Positions 1 to 9,024 of a stretch of 64,000 bases of DNA are shown in pieces (within the stretch, counting starts at the first letter, position 1; each line of letters begins with the position of its first letter). The DNA is from Flavobacteriales bacterium (GTDB lineage Bacteria; Bacteroidota; Bacteroidia; Flavobacteriales_D; CALLUQ01), in contig OY769938.1 in NCBI GenBank assembly GCA_963669295.1, positions 1,890,278-1,954,277 of the forward strand. The letters are read 5' to 3'. A program made the position numbers and the translations under genes. The notes under the pieces were generated by a model that saw only the letters and a program-made list of their open reading frames with translations, had not been told where the DNA came from and ran no database searches.

Positions 1-189
1 TGGTCGGCCACTGGTGTCGGGTTCAGCATACATCCATACCCTGGCTTTAGGCACATGTTTCCCGTTGGCATCTTGCAACGATACCATTAATGTGGTTTCT
101 TTTTTCTTTTTGCAAGAAACCGCAAAGCAGCACAAAAGTACCACCCCGGCAGCTATAGCCCACCGAAATACGTGTGGATGTTTTAACAT
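1..189 (-). CDS. Small lipoprotein, N-terminal part only (gene continues past the left edge)
   Basis: Reverse-strand ATG at 187-189 opens MLKHPHVFRWAIAAGVVLLCCFAVSCKKKKETTLMVSLQDANGKHVPKARVWMYAEP with no stop before position 1. It has a lipobox-like 'AVSC'. The pattern after the Cys resembles the next gene (210..614). Confidence 0.45.
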   Translation of the reverse strand, partial: MLKHPHVFRWAIAAGVVLLCCFAVSCKKKKETTLMVSLQDANGKHVPKARVWMYAEPDTSGRP

Positions 190-209
190 GTAAGGGGGTG
201 TTACGAGAA

Positions 210-614
210 TTAAGGCAAGATGGTTACCGTTTCCTCGTTGTCTTCCTCTTCTTCAATCTTGATGATGCCATCACCATAACGTGCATCCAGATTTACTTCA
301 ATGTTGAGTACCGCAAAACCAGCCTGGCCTTGCTCGTAATAATCGGTAAAATTAAACTTGGCTTTTCCTTTACTATCGGAAGTTGCCATAAGATCCAGCC
401 CTTCAATGGTTGCATCCTCGGAAACAGTATCTACCGATGGTGCAGGGAATATGTGTACCTCAGCACCAACAACAGCAACGCCATCAACGTCTACAACGGT
501 AATGGTGGCAGTAGTATCTTTTTCTTTGTTGCAAGCCACAAAGGCTAGCATGATGGTTAGTCCGAAAGCAGCAAAGAGTGTTCTGATTAGGCCTGTCTTT
601 TTCATAATTTTCAA
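210..614 (-). CDS. Small lipoprotein, possibly with a carboxypeptidase-regulatory-like beta-sandwich
   Basis: 134-aa ORF with signal peptide and lipobox 'LAFVAC'. 'TITVVDVDGVAVVGAEVHIFP' resembles CarboxypepD_reg-type folds. It is a paralog of the truncated gene at 1..189. Confidence 0.6.
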   Translation of the reverse strand: MKIMKKTGLIRTLFAAFGLTIMLAFVACNKEKDTTATITVVDVDGVAVVGAEVHIFPAPSVDTVSEDATIEGLDLMATSDSKGKAKFNFTDYYEQGQAGFAVLNIEVNLDARYGDGIIKIEEEEDNEETVTILP

Positions 615-785
615 TTATTTCTTACTTTCGCCCAACACTTTACAGGGCGGGCGAATCAAACAAATTTAGTAAAAAAATTTAACCCGCTTTTTTGTTTTAC
701 TGGTTATAGCGGCAATTTGTTTCAGCAAAGGAAAGACGTGGCTTGCTGCAAATGGTTGCTACAACCTTAGCATTATTCGTTAGGA

Positions 786-1808
786 ATGAAAGAAAAAGTA
801 CAGGAATTGCTACAGGAAATCGATGGGTTTACTGCCGATAGTAAGGAGCAGGTGGAAGCTTTCCGCATCAAGATGCTGGGCAAAAAAGGAGCCGTTACGG
901 CACTTTTTGCCGAGTTCAAAAATGTACCTAACGAAGAGAAAAAAGCTTTTGGGCAGGCATTGAACGAGTTGAAGGGCAAGGCACAAGCCAGGGTAGATGC
1001 TTTAAAAGCAGCATTGGAAGACCAGGGCAGCGCAGTGGGCAAGGGTGTTGATTTAACACTTCCCTCCAATACCATGGAGTTGGGCGCTCGTCATCCAATT
1101 TCTATTGTGCGTAACGAGCTGATCGAAATTTTTTCTCGTATTGGTTTTACAGTATCTGAAGGCCCCGAGATTGAAGACGATTGGCACAACTTTACAGCGC
1201 TAAACCTCCCCGAAGAGCATCCTGCCCGCGATATGCAAGACACGTTCTTTGTAGAAAAAGATCCCGATATCGCCTTGCGTACCCATACCTCTTCTGTACA
1301 AGTACGCGTGATGGAAAACTCTAAACCTCCCATCCGTACAATTTCTCCCGGAAGGGTATATCGTAACGAAGCCATTTCCGCACGTGCGCATTGCTTCTTT
1401 CACCAAATTGAAGGGTTGTATATTGACGAAAATGTATCGTTTGCCGATTTAAAGCAAACACTCATGTATTTTGCGAAAGAGTTTTTTGGGGAAGAAACAG
1501 AGATTCGGTTGCGCCCTTCTTACTTCCCGTTTACCGAGCCTAGTGCCGAGGTGGATGTGTCGTGCAACATTTGCAAGGGCAAAGGTTGCAATGTTTGTAA
1601 ATACACAGGCTACCTTGAAATTTTAGGCTGTGGGATGGTAGACCCTAATGTATTGGAAAACTGTGGCATAGACAGCAAGAAATACACCGGCTTTGCCTTT
1701 GGCATGGGCATTGAGCGTATTGCGATGTTAAAGTATCAGGTAAAAGACTTGCGGTTATTTTCTGAAAACGATGTCCGTTTCTTAAAACAATTCCAGTCGG
1801 CACTGTAA
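786..1808 (+). CDS. pheS: Phenylalanine--tRNA ligase alpha subunit
   Basis: 340 aa with an N-terminal coiled coil and class II aaRS core motifs ('RTISPGRVYRNEAISARAH', 'GFAFGMGIERIAMLKY'). Confidence 0.97.
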   Translation: MKEKVQELLQEIDGFTADSKEQVEAFRIKMLGKKGAVTALFAEFKNVPNEEKKAFGQALNELKGKAQARVDALKAALEDQGSAVGKGVDLTLPSNTMELGARHPISIVRNELIEIFSRIGFTVSEGPEIEDDWHNFTALNLPEEHPARDMQDTFFVEKDPDIALRTHTSSVQVRVMENSKPPIRTISPGRVYRNEAISARAHCFFHQIEGLYIDENVSFADLKQTLMYFAKEFFGEETEIRLRPSYFPFTEPSAEVDVSCNICKGKGCNVCKYTGYLEILGCGMVDPNVLENCGIDSKKYTGFAFGMGIERIAMLKYQVKDLRLFSENDVRFLKQFQSAL

Positions 1809-1839
1809 TTCCATTTTTTTCCTGTATTACTACGATGGT

Positions 1840-2300
1840 TTACCCCTTCGCCGCTACAGCTAAAGGGGTTGGCGGTAGTTGTTCAATGGGTTCGTTTTTC
1901 AACCTATAGAGGTTGAACATTCAACCCTTGGATGTTGGCCACTCAACAGTTTCATGGTCGAGCACGAAGGGGTAGAGGTTGAACCCATGGGGGGCACCAC
2001 CAACAGCCAGGATCATGAAGTGTAACCGCAAAGTTATTGAGGTGTAATGCTTATGTGTTCACTGTTGAGGGCTTCAGTTATCCCCATTGGTGCTTCAAGT
2101 AATAGAAGTGCAATGTTCTCCCTCCAGGTGTTCAACAGCCAGGGGGTAAAGGTTCAATGTTCAAGGGGTATAGGTTGAACATTGAAGGGGTAACACATGA
2201 CGTGAACATGTTATAGTTGAAACTTCAATAGGTAACCCTTCAAACGCCAGGGGGTAGCTATTGAAGCGCCAGGGGGGTACGCTTTAACGTTGATGCTGTT
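1840..2300. repeat. Cluster of degenerate short repeats (GGGGTA core plus TTGAA/TTCAA palindromic words) in an ORF-free gap
   Basis: Six direct GGGGTA copies at about 1968, 2141, 2163, 2186, 2250 and 2271, and one inverted copy (TACCCCTTCG, 1841-1850). Palindromes include GGTTGAACATTCAACC (1911-1926). No ORF of 60 aa or more lies in 1809-2373. Confidence 0.6.
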
Positions 2301-2373
2301 TTAGCTCTTCAAGCCTCTATCGATGGTATAAACCCGTGTTTTTTCCCTGCTATCAACACGGTATTGCTTCCTA

Positions 2374-3420
2374 CTACTTAAAGCTCCAGTCGTATTGGTC
2401 AAGCTCTTGTACACAATGCTTTAATAGATCAATGCTTCCACGAATATCATCCTTATCCGCCATTTCAATAACCTGGTGAATATGTCGGGTTGGAATCGAT
2501 ACTGCTCCGGCAATAGACCCTCCTTCATTCATGCGCTGGATGCCAGCCGTATCAGTGCCTCCAGCAGGTAGGATTTCAGGCTGCCATTTGATGCTGTGCT
2601 TATCGGCCGTTTGCTTCATGTATTTCACCATGCGGTAGTCGCAAATGGTAGAGGAGTCCATAATCTTTATGGCTGTGCCTTCGCCCATTTTGGTCACCAT
2701 TTCATGGCCTTGTGCACCGGGCACATCGTATGCAATGGTGGTATCAAGTCCAAAACCAAAATCGGGCTTAATGGCCAGTGCCGCAACATTGGCACCGCGA
2801 ATGCCTACTTCTTCTTGTACGGTAAACACACCATATACATCGTAGGGGGTATCTTTCATTTCGCGCAGCGCTTCAATGAGAATAAAGACTGAAACGCGGT
2901 TATCGATGGATTTGCAATTCACACAATTTCCCATCTCAATTAGTTCTCGTTGGCGGGTAATAGGGTCGCCTACACTTATGTATTTCTCTACTTCTTCCTG
3001 TTTCATGCCCATGTCGATGAAGTAGTCGGTCGTTTTTTGCACTTTATTCCGCTCTTCAGGTGTCATAACATGAATGGGCTTAGAGCCCATAACACCTATT
3101 AAGTCTTCTTTCCCATGTACAATTACCCGTTGTGCTGTAAGGGTTTTAGGGTCGAACCCTCCTAAAGTATGGAAGCGCACAAAACCATCTTCATCAATAT
3201 GAGTAACAATAAAGCCAATCTCATCCATGTGGGCTCCAATCATCACTTTTTTATCTGCCTTGCCCTTTTTAACGGCAATAACATTGCCCATGGCATCAAT
3301 ACTTACCTCATCTACCAATGGGGTTACTTCGCGCAATACTATTTCACGGATACGTTGCTCAAACCCAGGTGCCCCGGGTACTTCACAAATCTCCTTTAAC
3401 AATTCAACGTTGATCGACAT
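2374..3420 (-). CDS. M42 family metallopeptidase (FrvX/YsdC/TET-type aminopeptidase)
   Basis: 348 aa with 'GAHMDEIGF', 'KSIDNRVS', 'FTVQEEVGIRGA' and 'AVSIPTRHIH', typical of M42. Confidence 0.9.
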   Translation of the reverse strand: MSINVELLKEICEVPGAPGFEQRIREIVLREVTPLVDEVSIDAMGNVIAVKKGKADKKVMIGAHMDEIGFIVTHIDEDGFVRFHTLGGFDPKTLTAQRVIVHGKEDLIGVMGSKPIHVMTPEERNKVQKTTDYFIDMGMKQEEVEKYISVGDPITRQRELIEMGNCVNCKSIDNRVSVFILIEALREMKDTPYDVYGVFTVQEEVGIRGANVAALAIKPDFGFGLDTTIAYDVPGAQGHEMVTKMGEGTAIKIMDSSTICDYRMVKYMKQTADKHSIKWQPEILPAGGTDTAGIQRMNEGGSIAGAVSIPTRHIHQVIEMADKDDIRGSIDLLKHCVQELDQYDWSFK

Positions 3421-3435
3421 AATTATTCTCCTTTA

Positions 3436-4872
3436 TTAACTTACATAACTTAGTTTCAACATATTCGACATCCCTTTTTCTTCAATGGGCATGCTGGCAA
3501 TGTTAATGACCAGATCTTTGGCTTCTACCATACCTTCTTTTTTCAATAAAAACTTAATATCAGCAATGGTATGGTCGGTACTCACCATCCTATCGTAATA
3601 AAAGCACTGCACGCCCCATACCAGGCTCAGGGTGGTCATTACTTCCCTGTTGCTGGTAAAAATGAATATATGTGCTTTGGGACGTTGGCTCGATATTTTA
3701 AACGCGGTATAGCCCGAGTGGGTCATGGTAATGATGGCACGGGCATTTACTCGTTGTGCCAACCGGGTAGCATTAAAGCAAATAGAATCGGTAATGTAAC
3801 GCTCCTGGTTTCTTTCTTCGGGCACTTTATCGTGGTGATAGATGCCTTCAAATGTCTCTACCTCTTCTACAATTTTGGCCATTGCCTCGATTACTTTCAC
3901 CGGATAAGCACCAATTGATGTTTCTCCACTAAGCATTACCGCATCTGCACCATCCATTACCGCATTGGCTACGTCATTTACTTCGGCTCGTGTAGGAGTA
4001 ACATTATTGATCATGCTTTCCATCATTTGCGTAGCAATAATTACAGGTTTCGCTTCGCGCAGGCATTTTTTTACCAACATTTTCTGAATCAGCGGCACAT
4101 TTTGCATGGGTATTTCAACACCCAGGTCACCCCGTGCTACCATCAACGCATCAGCCTCACGAATGATGTCGTCGATTTCCTCAAGCGCTTCCGGCTTTTC
4201 AATTTTAGCAATGATTTTGGCCTTCTTCTTAGCTTTAGAAACCACATGCTTAAGCTCAATTATATCGCGGGCAGAGCGCACAAATGATAGTCCCAACCAA
4301 TCCACCTCGTTCTCCAGTGCAAACTTAAGGTCTGCATGGTCTTTCTCCGTAATGGAGGGCATAGAAATCTTGGTATTGGGAAGGTTAACTCCTTTTTTCG
4401 ATTTCAGCGTTCCACCGTAAATTACTTTTGCTTTTACTTCGTCTTTGCCATTGGTACTCAGCACCTCCAGGTGCAGTTTGCCATCGTCGAGCAAAACAGT
4501 TTCGCCCGCTGCTACATCTTGCGGAAACAGCTCGTAGCTGATATAAATCTTTTCTGGAGTTCCTTCACATGGAGTAGTGGTAATTGTAATTTTACTTCCT
4601 GGCTCCAACATAATGGCGCCATCTTTTACATCTCCTACCCGTAGCTTTGGCCCTTGCAAGTCTGCCAGTATAGCAGTGTAAGTGCCCAGCTCATCGTTAA
4701 TCTCCCGAATGGTTTCTATGGTTTTTTTGTGGTCGTCGTAAGTGCCGTGCGAAAAGTTGAGTCGACAAACATCCACTCCTTTCTTAATCATCTCTATCAG
4801 CACCTCTTTCGAGGCCGAAGCTGGCCCCATGGTGGCCACTATCTTAGTTTTCTTTTCTGTCAGCATTTTCAT
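3436..4872 (-). CDS. pyk: Pyruvate kinase
   Basis: 478 aa with 'TKIVATMGPAS' and 'MVARGDLGVEIP', plus a C-terminal regulatory domain. Confidence 0.97.
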   Translation of the reverse strand: MKMLTEKKTKIVATMGPASASKEVLIEMIKKGVDVCRLNFSHGTYDDHKKTIETIREINDELGTYTAILADLQGPKLRVGDVKDGAIMLEPGSKITITTTPCEGTPEKIYISYELFPQDVAAGETVLLDDGKLHLEVLSTNGKDEVKAKVIYGGTLKSKKGVNLPNTKISMPSITEKDHADLKFALENEVDWLGLSFVRSARDIIELKHVVSKAKKKAKIIAKIEKPEALEEIDDIIREADALMVARGDLGVEIPMQNVPLIQKMLVKKCLREAKPVIIATQMMESMINNVTPTRAEVNDVANAVMDGADAVMLSGETSIGAYPVKVIEAMAKIVEEVETFEGIYHHDKVPEERNQERYITDSICFNATRLAQRVNARAIITMTHSGYTAFKISSQRPKAHIFIFTSNREVMTTLSLVWGVQCFYYDRMVSTDHTIADIKFLLKKEGMVEAKDLVINIASMPIEEKGMSNMLKLSYVS

Positions 4873-5291
4873 TAGAACAGCAGGTTTTGTTTGGATTTTA
4901 ATTGGTCGATATCTTGTACCTCATACGCTGTGAGCACAAAGTCGATGGCTCTTATTTGCCGCATCAATTCTTTAATATCGTGTTCAAAGTTATCTTTAAT
5001 CATTAAAAAAAAGTCGGCCTGCTTTTGTTCAGGGATTAAGAAATTATGATCTCCTCGGTTTCCTATGAGTGAATAAGAGGTGTGGTTCTCTTCGTTATAG
5101 TATCCGTAAATAGAGTAGTTATTGGCTTCTGTTTTGTTTTTAAGTGTTATTTTAAGGTCTTCTTCTTTTTCCAGTTTTAGCGTCAACTGGTTGTTCAGAG
5201 CCCAACAAAGGCGGTAATCTTTGGCGTGGCAACAAATCCCGATTAAGATAAAATCGTAATCGTATTCTACTTCCAGTTGATACTTGGTCAC
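4872..5291 (-). CDS. IPExxxVDY-family-like protein of unknown function
   Basis: 139 aa containing 'LIPEQKQADFF' (IPE-xxx-[VA]-D-[YF]). It sits between rnc and pyk. Its stop overlaps the pyk ATG by 1 nt (TAATG). Confidence 0.65.
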   Translation of the reverse strand: MTKYQLEVEYDYDFILIGICCHAKDYRLCWALNNQLTLKLEKEEDLKITLKNKTEANNYSIYGYYNEENHTSYSLIGNRGDHNFLIPEQKQADFFLMIKDNFEHDIKELMRQIRAIDFVLTAYEVQDIDQLKSKQNLLF

Positions 5292-5342
5292 CCTTGTTGT
5301 TCTTAAGTCAGAAAATTAGCAAGAGATATCGGCAAAACAAAA

Positions 5343-6059
5343 TTATTTGGGAAACATCTGTTCCCAGCAATTGCGGGCAGCAGCCTGTTCAGCCTCTTTT
5401 TTTGAGGCACCTGCTCCACTGCCTGAAACAGTGCCATCAATTAACAAGTTAATTTCGTAGTGTTTGCGATAACCATAATCTTTTTCGTTGGCTACTCGAA
5501 AGCTCACCTTACGCCGTTCTTTTTGTGCCCATTCCAGCAGTCTACTTTTGGGGTTGGTTTCCAGCTTTTCTAATGCTGTAATATTGAGGTGTTTATTCAA
5601 CAAGTTATCGATTACTTTTGTTCGGGTAAACTCAAACCCTTTCTCCAAATAAACGGCACCAATAATAGCCTCCAACGCATTGCCCTCCAGCGACTTATAC
5701 TGTACCGCCTTGCCAAAGTTGACATCCAGTACATCTTCAATTTTCAGCTTTTTTGCCAATTCGTTAAGTTGTGCCCGACTCACAATTTTAGAGCGGAGCT
5801 TGGTTAAAAACCCTTCGTCCTTAAAGGGGTACATGCGAAACAAATAATCCGCTACAATGGTATCAAGCACAGCATCTCCAAGGTATTCGAGCCGTTCATT
5901 GCTGTTTTTCACCCCTTCTTTTATTTCTACCGCTGCCGATTTATGCCTAATGGCTTCTTTGTAAAGTGCTAACTTCTTTGGTGTAAAGCCGAATCCATCT
6001 CGCACAAAGGCGATAAGCTTTTGATCTTCAGGGTTTTTCTTACGGAAGAGGAAAGACAA
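5343..6059 (-). CDS. rnc: Ribonuclease III
   Basis: 238 aa with the RNase III signature 'ERLEYLGDAVLD' and a C-terminal dsRBD ('GSGAGASKKEAEQAAA'). Confidence 0.95.
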   Translation of the reverse strand: MSFLFRKKNPEDQKLIAFVRDGFGFTPKKLALYKEAIRHKSAAVEIKEGVKNSNERLEYLGDAVLDTIVADYLFRMYPFKDEGFLTKLRSKIVSRAQLNELAKKLKIEDVLDVNFGKAVQYKSLEGNALEAIIGAVYLEKGFEFTRTKVIDNLLNKHLNITALEKLETNPKSRLLEWAQKERRKVSFRVANEKDYGYRKHYEINLLIDGTVSGSGAGASKKEAEQAAARNCWEQMFPK

Positions 6060-6070
6060 CGTTGAGTCCT

Positions 6071-7324
6071 TTAGCCTTTGTATTTTTTCATGATGACCGA
6101 CGTGTTATGTCCACCAAACCCAAAGGTATTGCTCAATGCCACATTTACTGTTCTCTTCTGCGCTTCATTGAACGTGAAGTTTAATTCAGGGTCAATCTCA
6201 GGATCGTCGGTAAAGTGGTTAATCGTTGGGGGAATGATGTCGTTTTCCACTGCTTTCACACAAGCAATGGCCTCAATCGCTCCTGCAGCACCTAACAGGT
6301 GGCCGGTCATTGATTTGGTAGAGCTGATGTTGAGGTTGTATGCGTGTTCGCCAAATACTTTCTTAATGGCCTTGGTTTCGGCAATATCGCCCAGGGGAGT
6401 AGAGGTTCCATGCACATTGATGTAGTCTACTTCTTTGGGGTCTATTCCAGCATCTGAGAGAGCATATTTCATCACATTAATTGCTCCCAACCCTTCTGGG
6501 TGTGGCGCAGTCATGTGGTGCGCATCAGCCGAAAGCCCACCGCCAACAATTTCAGCGTAGATGTGTGCTCCTCGTGCTTTTGCATGCTCTAATTCTTCTA
6601 AAATTAAGGCTCCTGATCCTTCTCCCAATACAAACCCTTCGCGGTCCTTATCGAATGGCCTTGAAGCTGTTTCGGGCGAGTCGTTACGTGTAGATAATGC
6701 GTGCATGGCGTTGAATCCACCCACTCCCGACTCGTTTACCGCTGCTTCAGAGCCTCCTGTAATCATCAAGTCCACTTTGCCTAAACGAATGTAGTTGTAG
6801 GCATCAATCATGGCATTGGTGGAGGAGGCACAGGCAGAAACGGTAGTGAAGTTTGGCCCTCTATATCCGTATTTGATGGAAATCAACCCGGAGGCGATGT
6901 CAGCAATCATTTTAGGAATAAAGAAAGGGTTGAATCGAGGGGTTCCATCGCCATCTTTGAAGTTAAATGCCTCGGTTTGGAAAGTGTTTATCCCGCCTAT
7001 TCCGGAACCCCAAATCACTCCAGCCCTATCCGGGTCAACCGAGTTTTCGCTTAGCCCAGCATTCTCATATGCCTCTGCAACGGCTACAAGGGCATATTGA
7101 GAAAACGGGTCTAATTTTCTTGCTTCTTTTCTATCGAAGTGCTCTAACGGGTCAAAATTCTTGATTTCACAGGCAAACCTGGTTTTAAACTTTGTTGCAT
7201 CAAATTGCTTGATCAACGCGGCACCGCTTACTCCATTGATAAGGCCGTTCCAATAATCGTTAAGGTTATTGCCTAACGGAGTAAGAGCCCCAAGCCCTGT
7301 AATTACGACTCGCTTTAGCTCCAT
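6071..7324 (-). CDS. fabF: Beta-ketoacyl-ACP synthase II
   Basis: 417 aa with active-site 'VSACASS', 'NVHGTSTPLGD', 'GHLLGAAG' and 'NTFGFGGHN'. Confidence 0.97.
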   Translation of the reverse strand: MELKRVVITGLGALTPLGNNLNDYWNGLINGVSGAALIKQFDATKFKTRFACEIKNFDPLEHFDRKEARKLDPFSQYALVAVAEAYENAGLSENSVDPDRAGVIWGSGIGGINTFQTEAFNFKDGDGTPRFNPFFIPKMIADIASGLISIKYGYRGPNFTTVSACASSTNAMIDAYNYIRLGKVDLMITGGSEAAVNESGVGGFNAMHALSTRNDSPETASRPFDKDREGFVLGEGSGALILEELEHAKARGAHIYAEIVGGGLSADAHHMTAPHPEGLGAINVMKYALSDAGIDPKEVDYINVHGTSTPLGDIAETKAIKKVFGEHAYNLNISSTKSMTGHLLGAAGAIEAIACVKAVENDIIPPTINHFTDDPEIDPELNFTFNEAQKRTVNVALSNTFGFGGHNTSVIMKKYKG

Positions 7325-7346
7325 AAAAAATAGAAAAGGTGTTTAC

Positions 7347-7583
7347 TTACTTTGAGTTTTGGTCGATATAGCTGATTGCTTCACCAACAGTTCCAATCTT
7401 CTCAGCCTGGTCGTCGGGAATAGCAATGTTGAATTCTTTTTCGAATTCCATGATCAACTCAACAGTATCCAATGAGTCTGCTCCAAGATCATTTGTGAAG
7501 CTTGCTTCAGGTGTAACTTCGCTTTCATCAACGCCTAACTTATCAACGATGATGGCGATTACTCTTGATTTGATATCTGACAT
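7347..7583 (-). CDS. acpP: Acyl carrier protein
   Basis: '[16 protein letters not shown]' phosphopantetheine site. The start is placed at the internal ATG (7581-7583, MSDIKSRV) to give a canonical 78-aa ACP. The 12-codon upstream extension in the ORF track was rejected. Confidence 0.96.
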   Translation of the reverse strand: MSDIKSRVIAIIVDKLGVDESEVTPEASFTNDLGADSLDTVELIMEFEKEFNIAIPDDQAEKIGTVGEAISYIDQNSK

Positions 7584-7652
7584 TTTGTGTCTCCTTTCTT
7601 TGGTTTTTTCAGCCTGCAAATAAAAAACTTATCGGTATAAAATCAAAATTTT

Positions 7653-8336
7653 TTATTCATAATACACCGTTACTTCATCGAGGGTTTTCCGCGATATATC
7701 GGGAACCGTAACCTCGCTAGCAGGATATCCCACAGGCAGTAGCAAAAACGGACGTTCATTTTCTGGCCGTTTTAGTGCTTTTGTTAAGAAATTCATTGGA
7801 CTTGGGGTATGGGTTAATGTCACCAATCCAGCATTGTGAATTGCAGCAATTAAAAAGCCCGACGCTAACCCTACCGATTCATTTACATAATAGTTGTTTC
7901 TTTTTTCTCCATTTGCTCCGAAATCGTATACCTTCTTAAATACTATAATGATCCAGGGCACTGTATCCAGAAATGGCTTGTTCCAATCAGTTCCCAGTGG
8001 AGCCAAATCTTTTAACCACTCTTCACTCATGCGACCATGGTAGCTGCGGTATTCTTCTTCCTCGGCCATTTTTCTAATCTCGCTTTTCAGCTCCTTGCTG
8101 GAAATAACACAAAATGTCCACGGTTGCTTGTGTGCTCCCGAGGGAGCTGTAGAAGCCGTTTTCAAAATGTTCTCAATAATTTCCTTTGGAACAGGTTTGT
8201 CAGAAAAATCACGTACACTTCTACGCGTATCCATAAACTCGTAAAATGATTTGCTGCGCTCCAGCATTTCATTTTCGTCAAAGGAATTTGCCTCGTAGGG
8301 AACAAAAGGATATTTCGTAGTTGCTGTTTCACTCAT
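7653..8336 (-). CDS. Iodotyrosine deiodinase (IYD)-like nitroreductase-superfamily flavoprotein
   Basis: 227 aa. 'RRSVRDFS', 'TAPSGAHKQPWTF', 'EEEEY', 'YYVNESVG', 'LLLPVGYPA..TVPDISRK' track the IYD subfamily along the whole length. Confidence 0.85.
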   Translation of the reverse strand: MSETATTKYPFVPYEANSFDENEMLERSKSFYEFMDTRRSVRDFSDKPVPKEIIENILKTASTAPSGAHKQPWTFCVISSKELKSEIRKMAEEEEYRSYHGRMSEEWLKDLAPLGTDWNKPFLDTVPWIIIVFKKVYDFGANGEKRNNYYVNESVGLASGFLIAAIHNAGLVTLTHTPSPMNFLTKALKRPENERPFLLLPVGYPASEVTVPDISRKTLDEVTVYYE

Positions 8337-8451
8337 CGCTACAATCTTTACTCGGTTAAAAGTAGCAATAAAAACCGTGAGAAAGTAGGTTTCCTTGCAT
8401 TTTATATCGATTAATATTATCTATTTTTGTACTCCTACTTTTACATCGTTT

Positions 8452-9024
8452 ATGACTAAGCGCATTGCCATTTTTGCTTCCGGAGGCGGCAGCAACGCAC
8501 AAAAAATCATCGAGCACTTCAAGCACCACCAAGCCATACAGGTCGACCTTGTCATTAGCAATAAGGCCCAGGCAGGCGTGCTTTCTATGGCTCAAGCGTA
8601 TAATATTGCTACGCTGGTGATTGACCGAGCTGCGTTTTATGAGACGGATGAGGTGGTAAAAAAATTGCACACTGCACAAATTGACCTGATTGTTTTAGCA
8701 GGCTTTCTGTGGAAAGTGCCTGATGCATTGATTGCCGCTTTTCCTGGTGCTATTGTGAACATTCACCCCTCGCTATTACCAAAGTTTGGTGGAAAAGGAA
8801 TGTATGGCATGCACGTGCACAAAGCAGTAGTTGCCGCTGGCGAAACAGAAAGCGGCCCTACCATACACTATGTCAATGAGCATTATGATGAAGGACAAAT
8901 CATTTTCCAGGCCACCTGCGAAGTACTGGCCAACGATACTCCTGAAGCGCTTCAGCAACGCGTATTGGCATTAGAGCACAAACATTACCCCACTGTAATA
9001 GAACAACTGCTTACCCATGGCTAA
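8452..9024 (+). CDS. purN: Phosphoribosylglycinamide formyltransferase
   Basis: 'RIAIFASGGGSN' and 'IVNIHPSLLPKFGGKGMYG'. The start is placed at ATG 8452 (MTKRIAIF) rather than the longer track ORF. Confidence 0.93.
   Translation: MTKRIAIFASGGGSNAQKIIEHFKHHQAIQVDLVISNKAQAGVLSMAQAYNIATLVIDRAAFYETDEVVKKLHTAQIDLIVLAGFLWKVPDALIAAFPGAIVNIHPSLLPKFGGKGMYGMHVHKAVVAAGETESGPTIHYVNEHYDEGQIIFQATCEVLANDTPEALQQRVLALEHKHYPTVIEQLLTHG

Noticed and set aside
174-669. Plus-strand ORFs 174..548 and 358..669
   Set aside because: They lie antisense to the well-supported lipoprotein gene 210..614 and have no recognisable motifs.
2063-2080. DnaA-box-like TTATCCCCA inside the ORF-free gap (possible oriC)
   Set aside because: It is a single one-mismatch box. 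There is no cluster of boxes, no AT-rich unwinding element and no dnaA/dnaN nearby.
1840-2300. Possible CRISPR array, because of many short repeated words in a non-coding gap
   Set aside because: The repeats are short (6-22 nt), degenerate and irregularly spaced. One copy is inverted. There are no uniform spacers and no cas genes in the window.
7584-7619. 12-codon N-terminal extension of acpP
   Set aside because: ACPs are about 78 aa and start close to the MSDIK-type sequence. The extension ([12 protein letters not shown]) has no counterpart in ACPs.
8356-8679. 107-aa minus-strand ORF overlapping the purN 5' region
   Set aside because: It is a shadow ORF opposite a strongly supported purN frame, with Cys/Arg-rich compositional noise.
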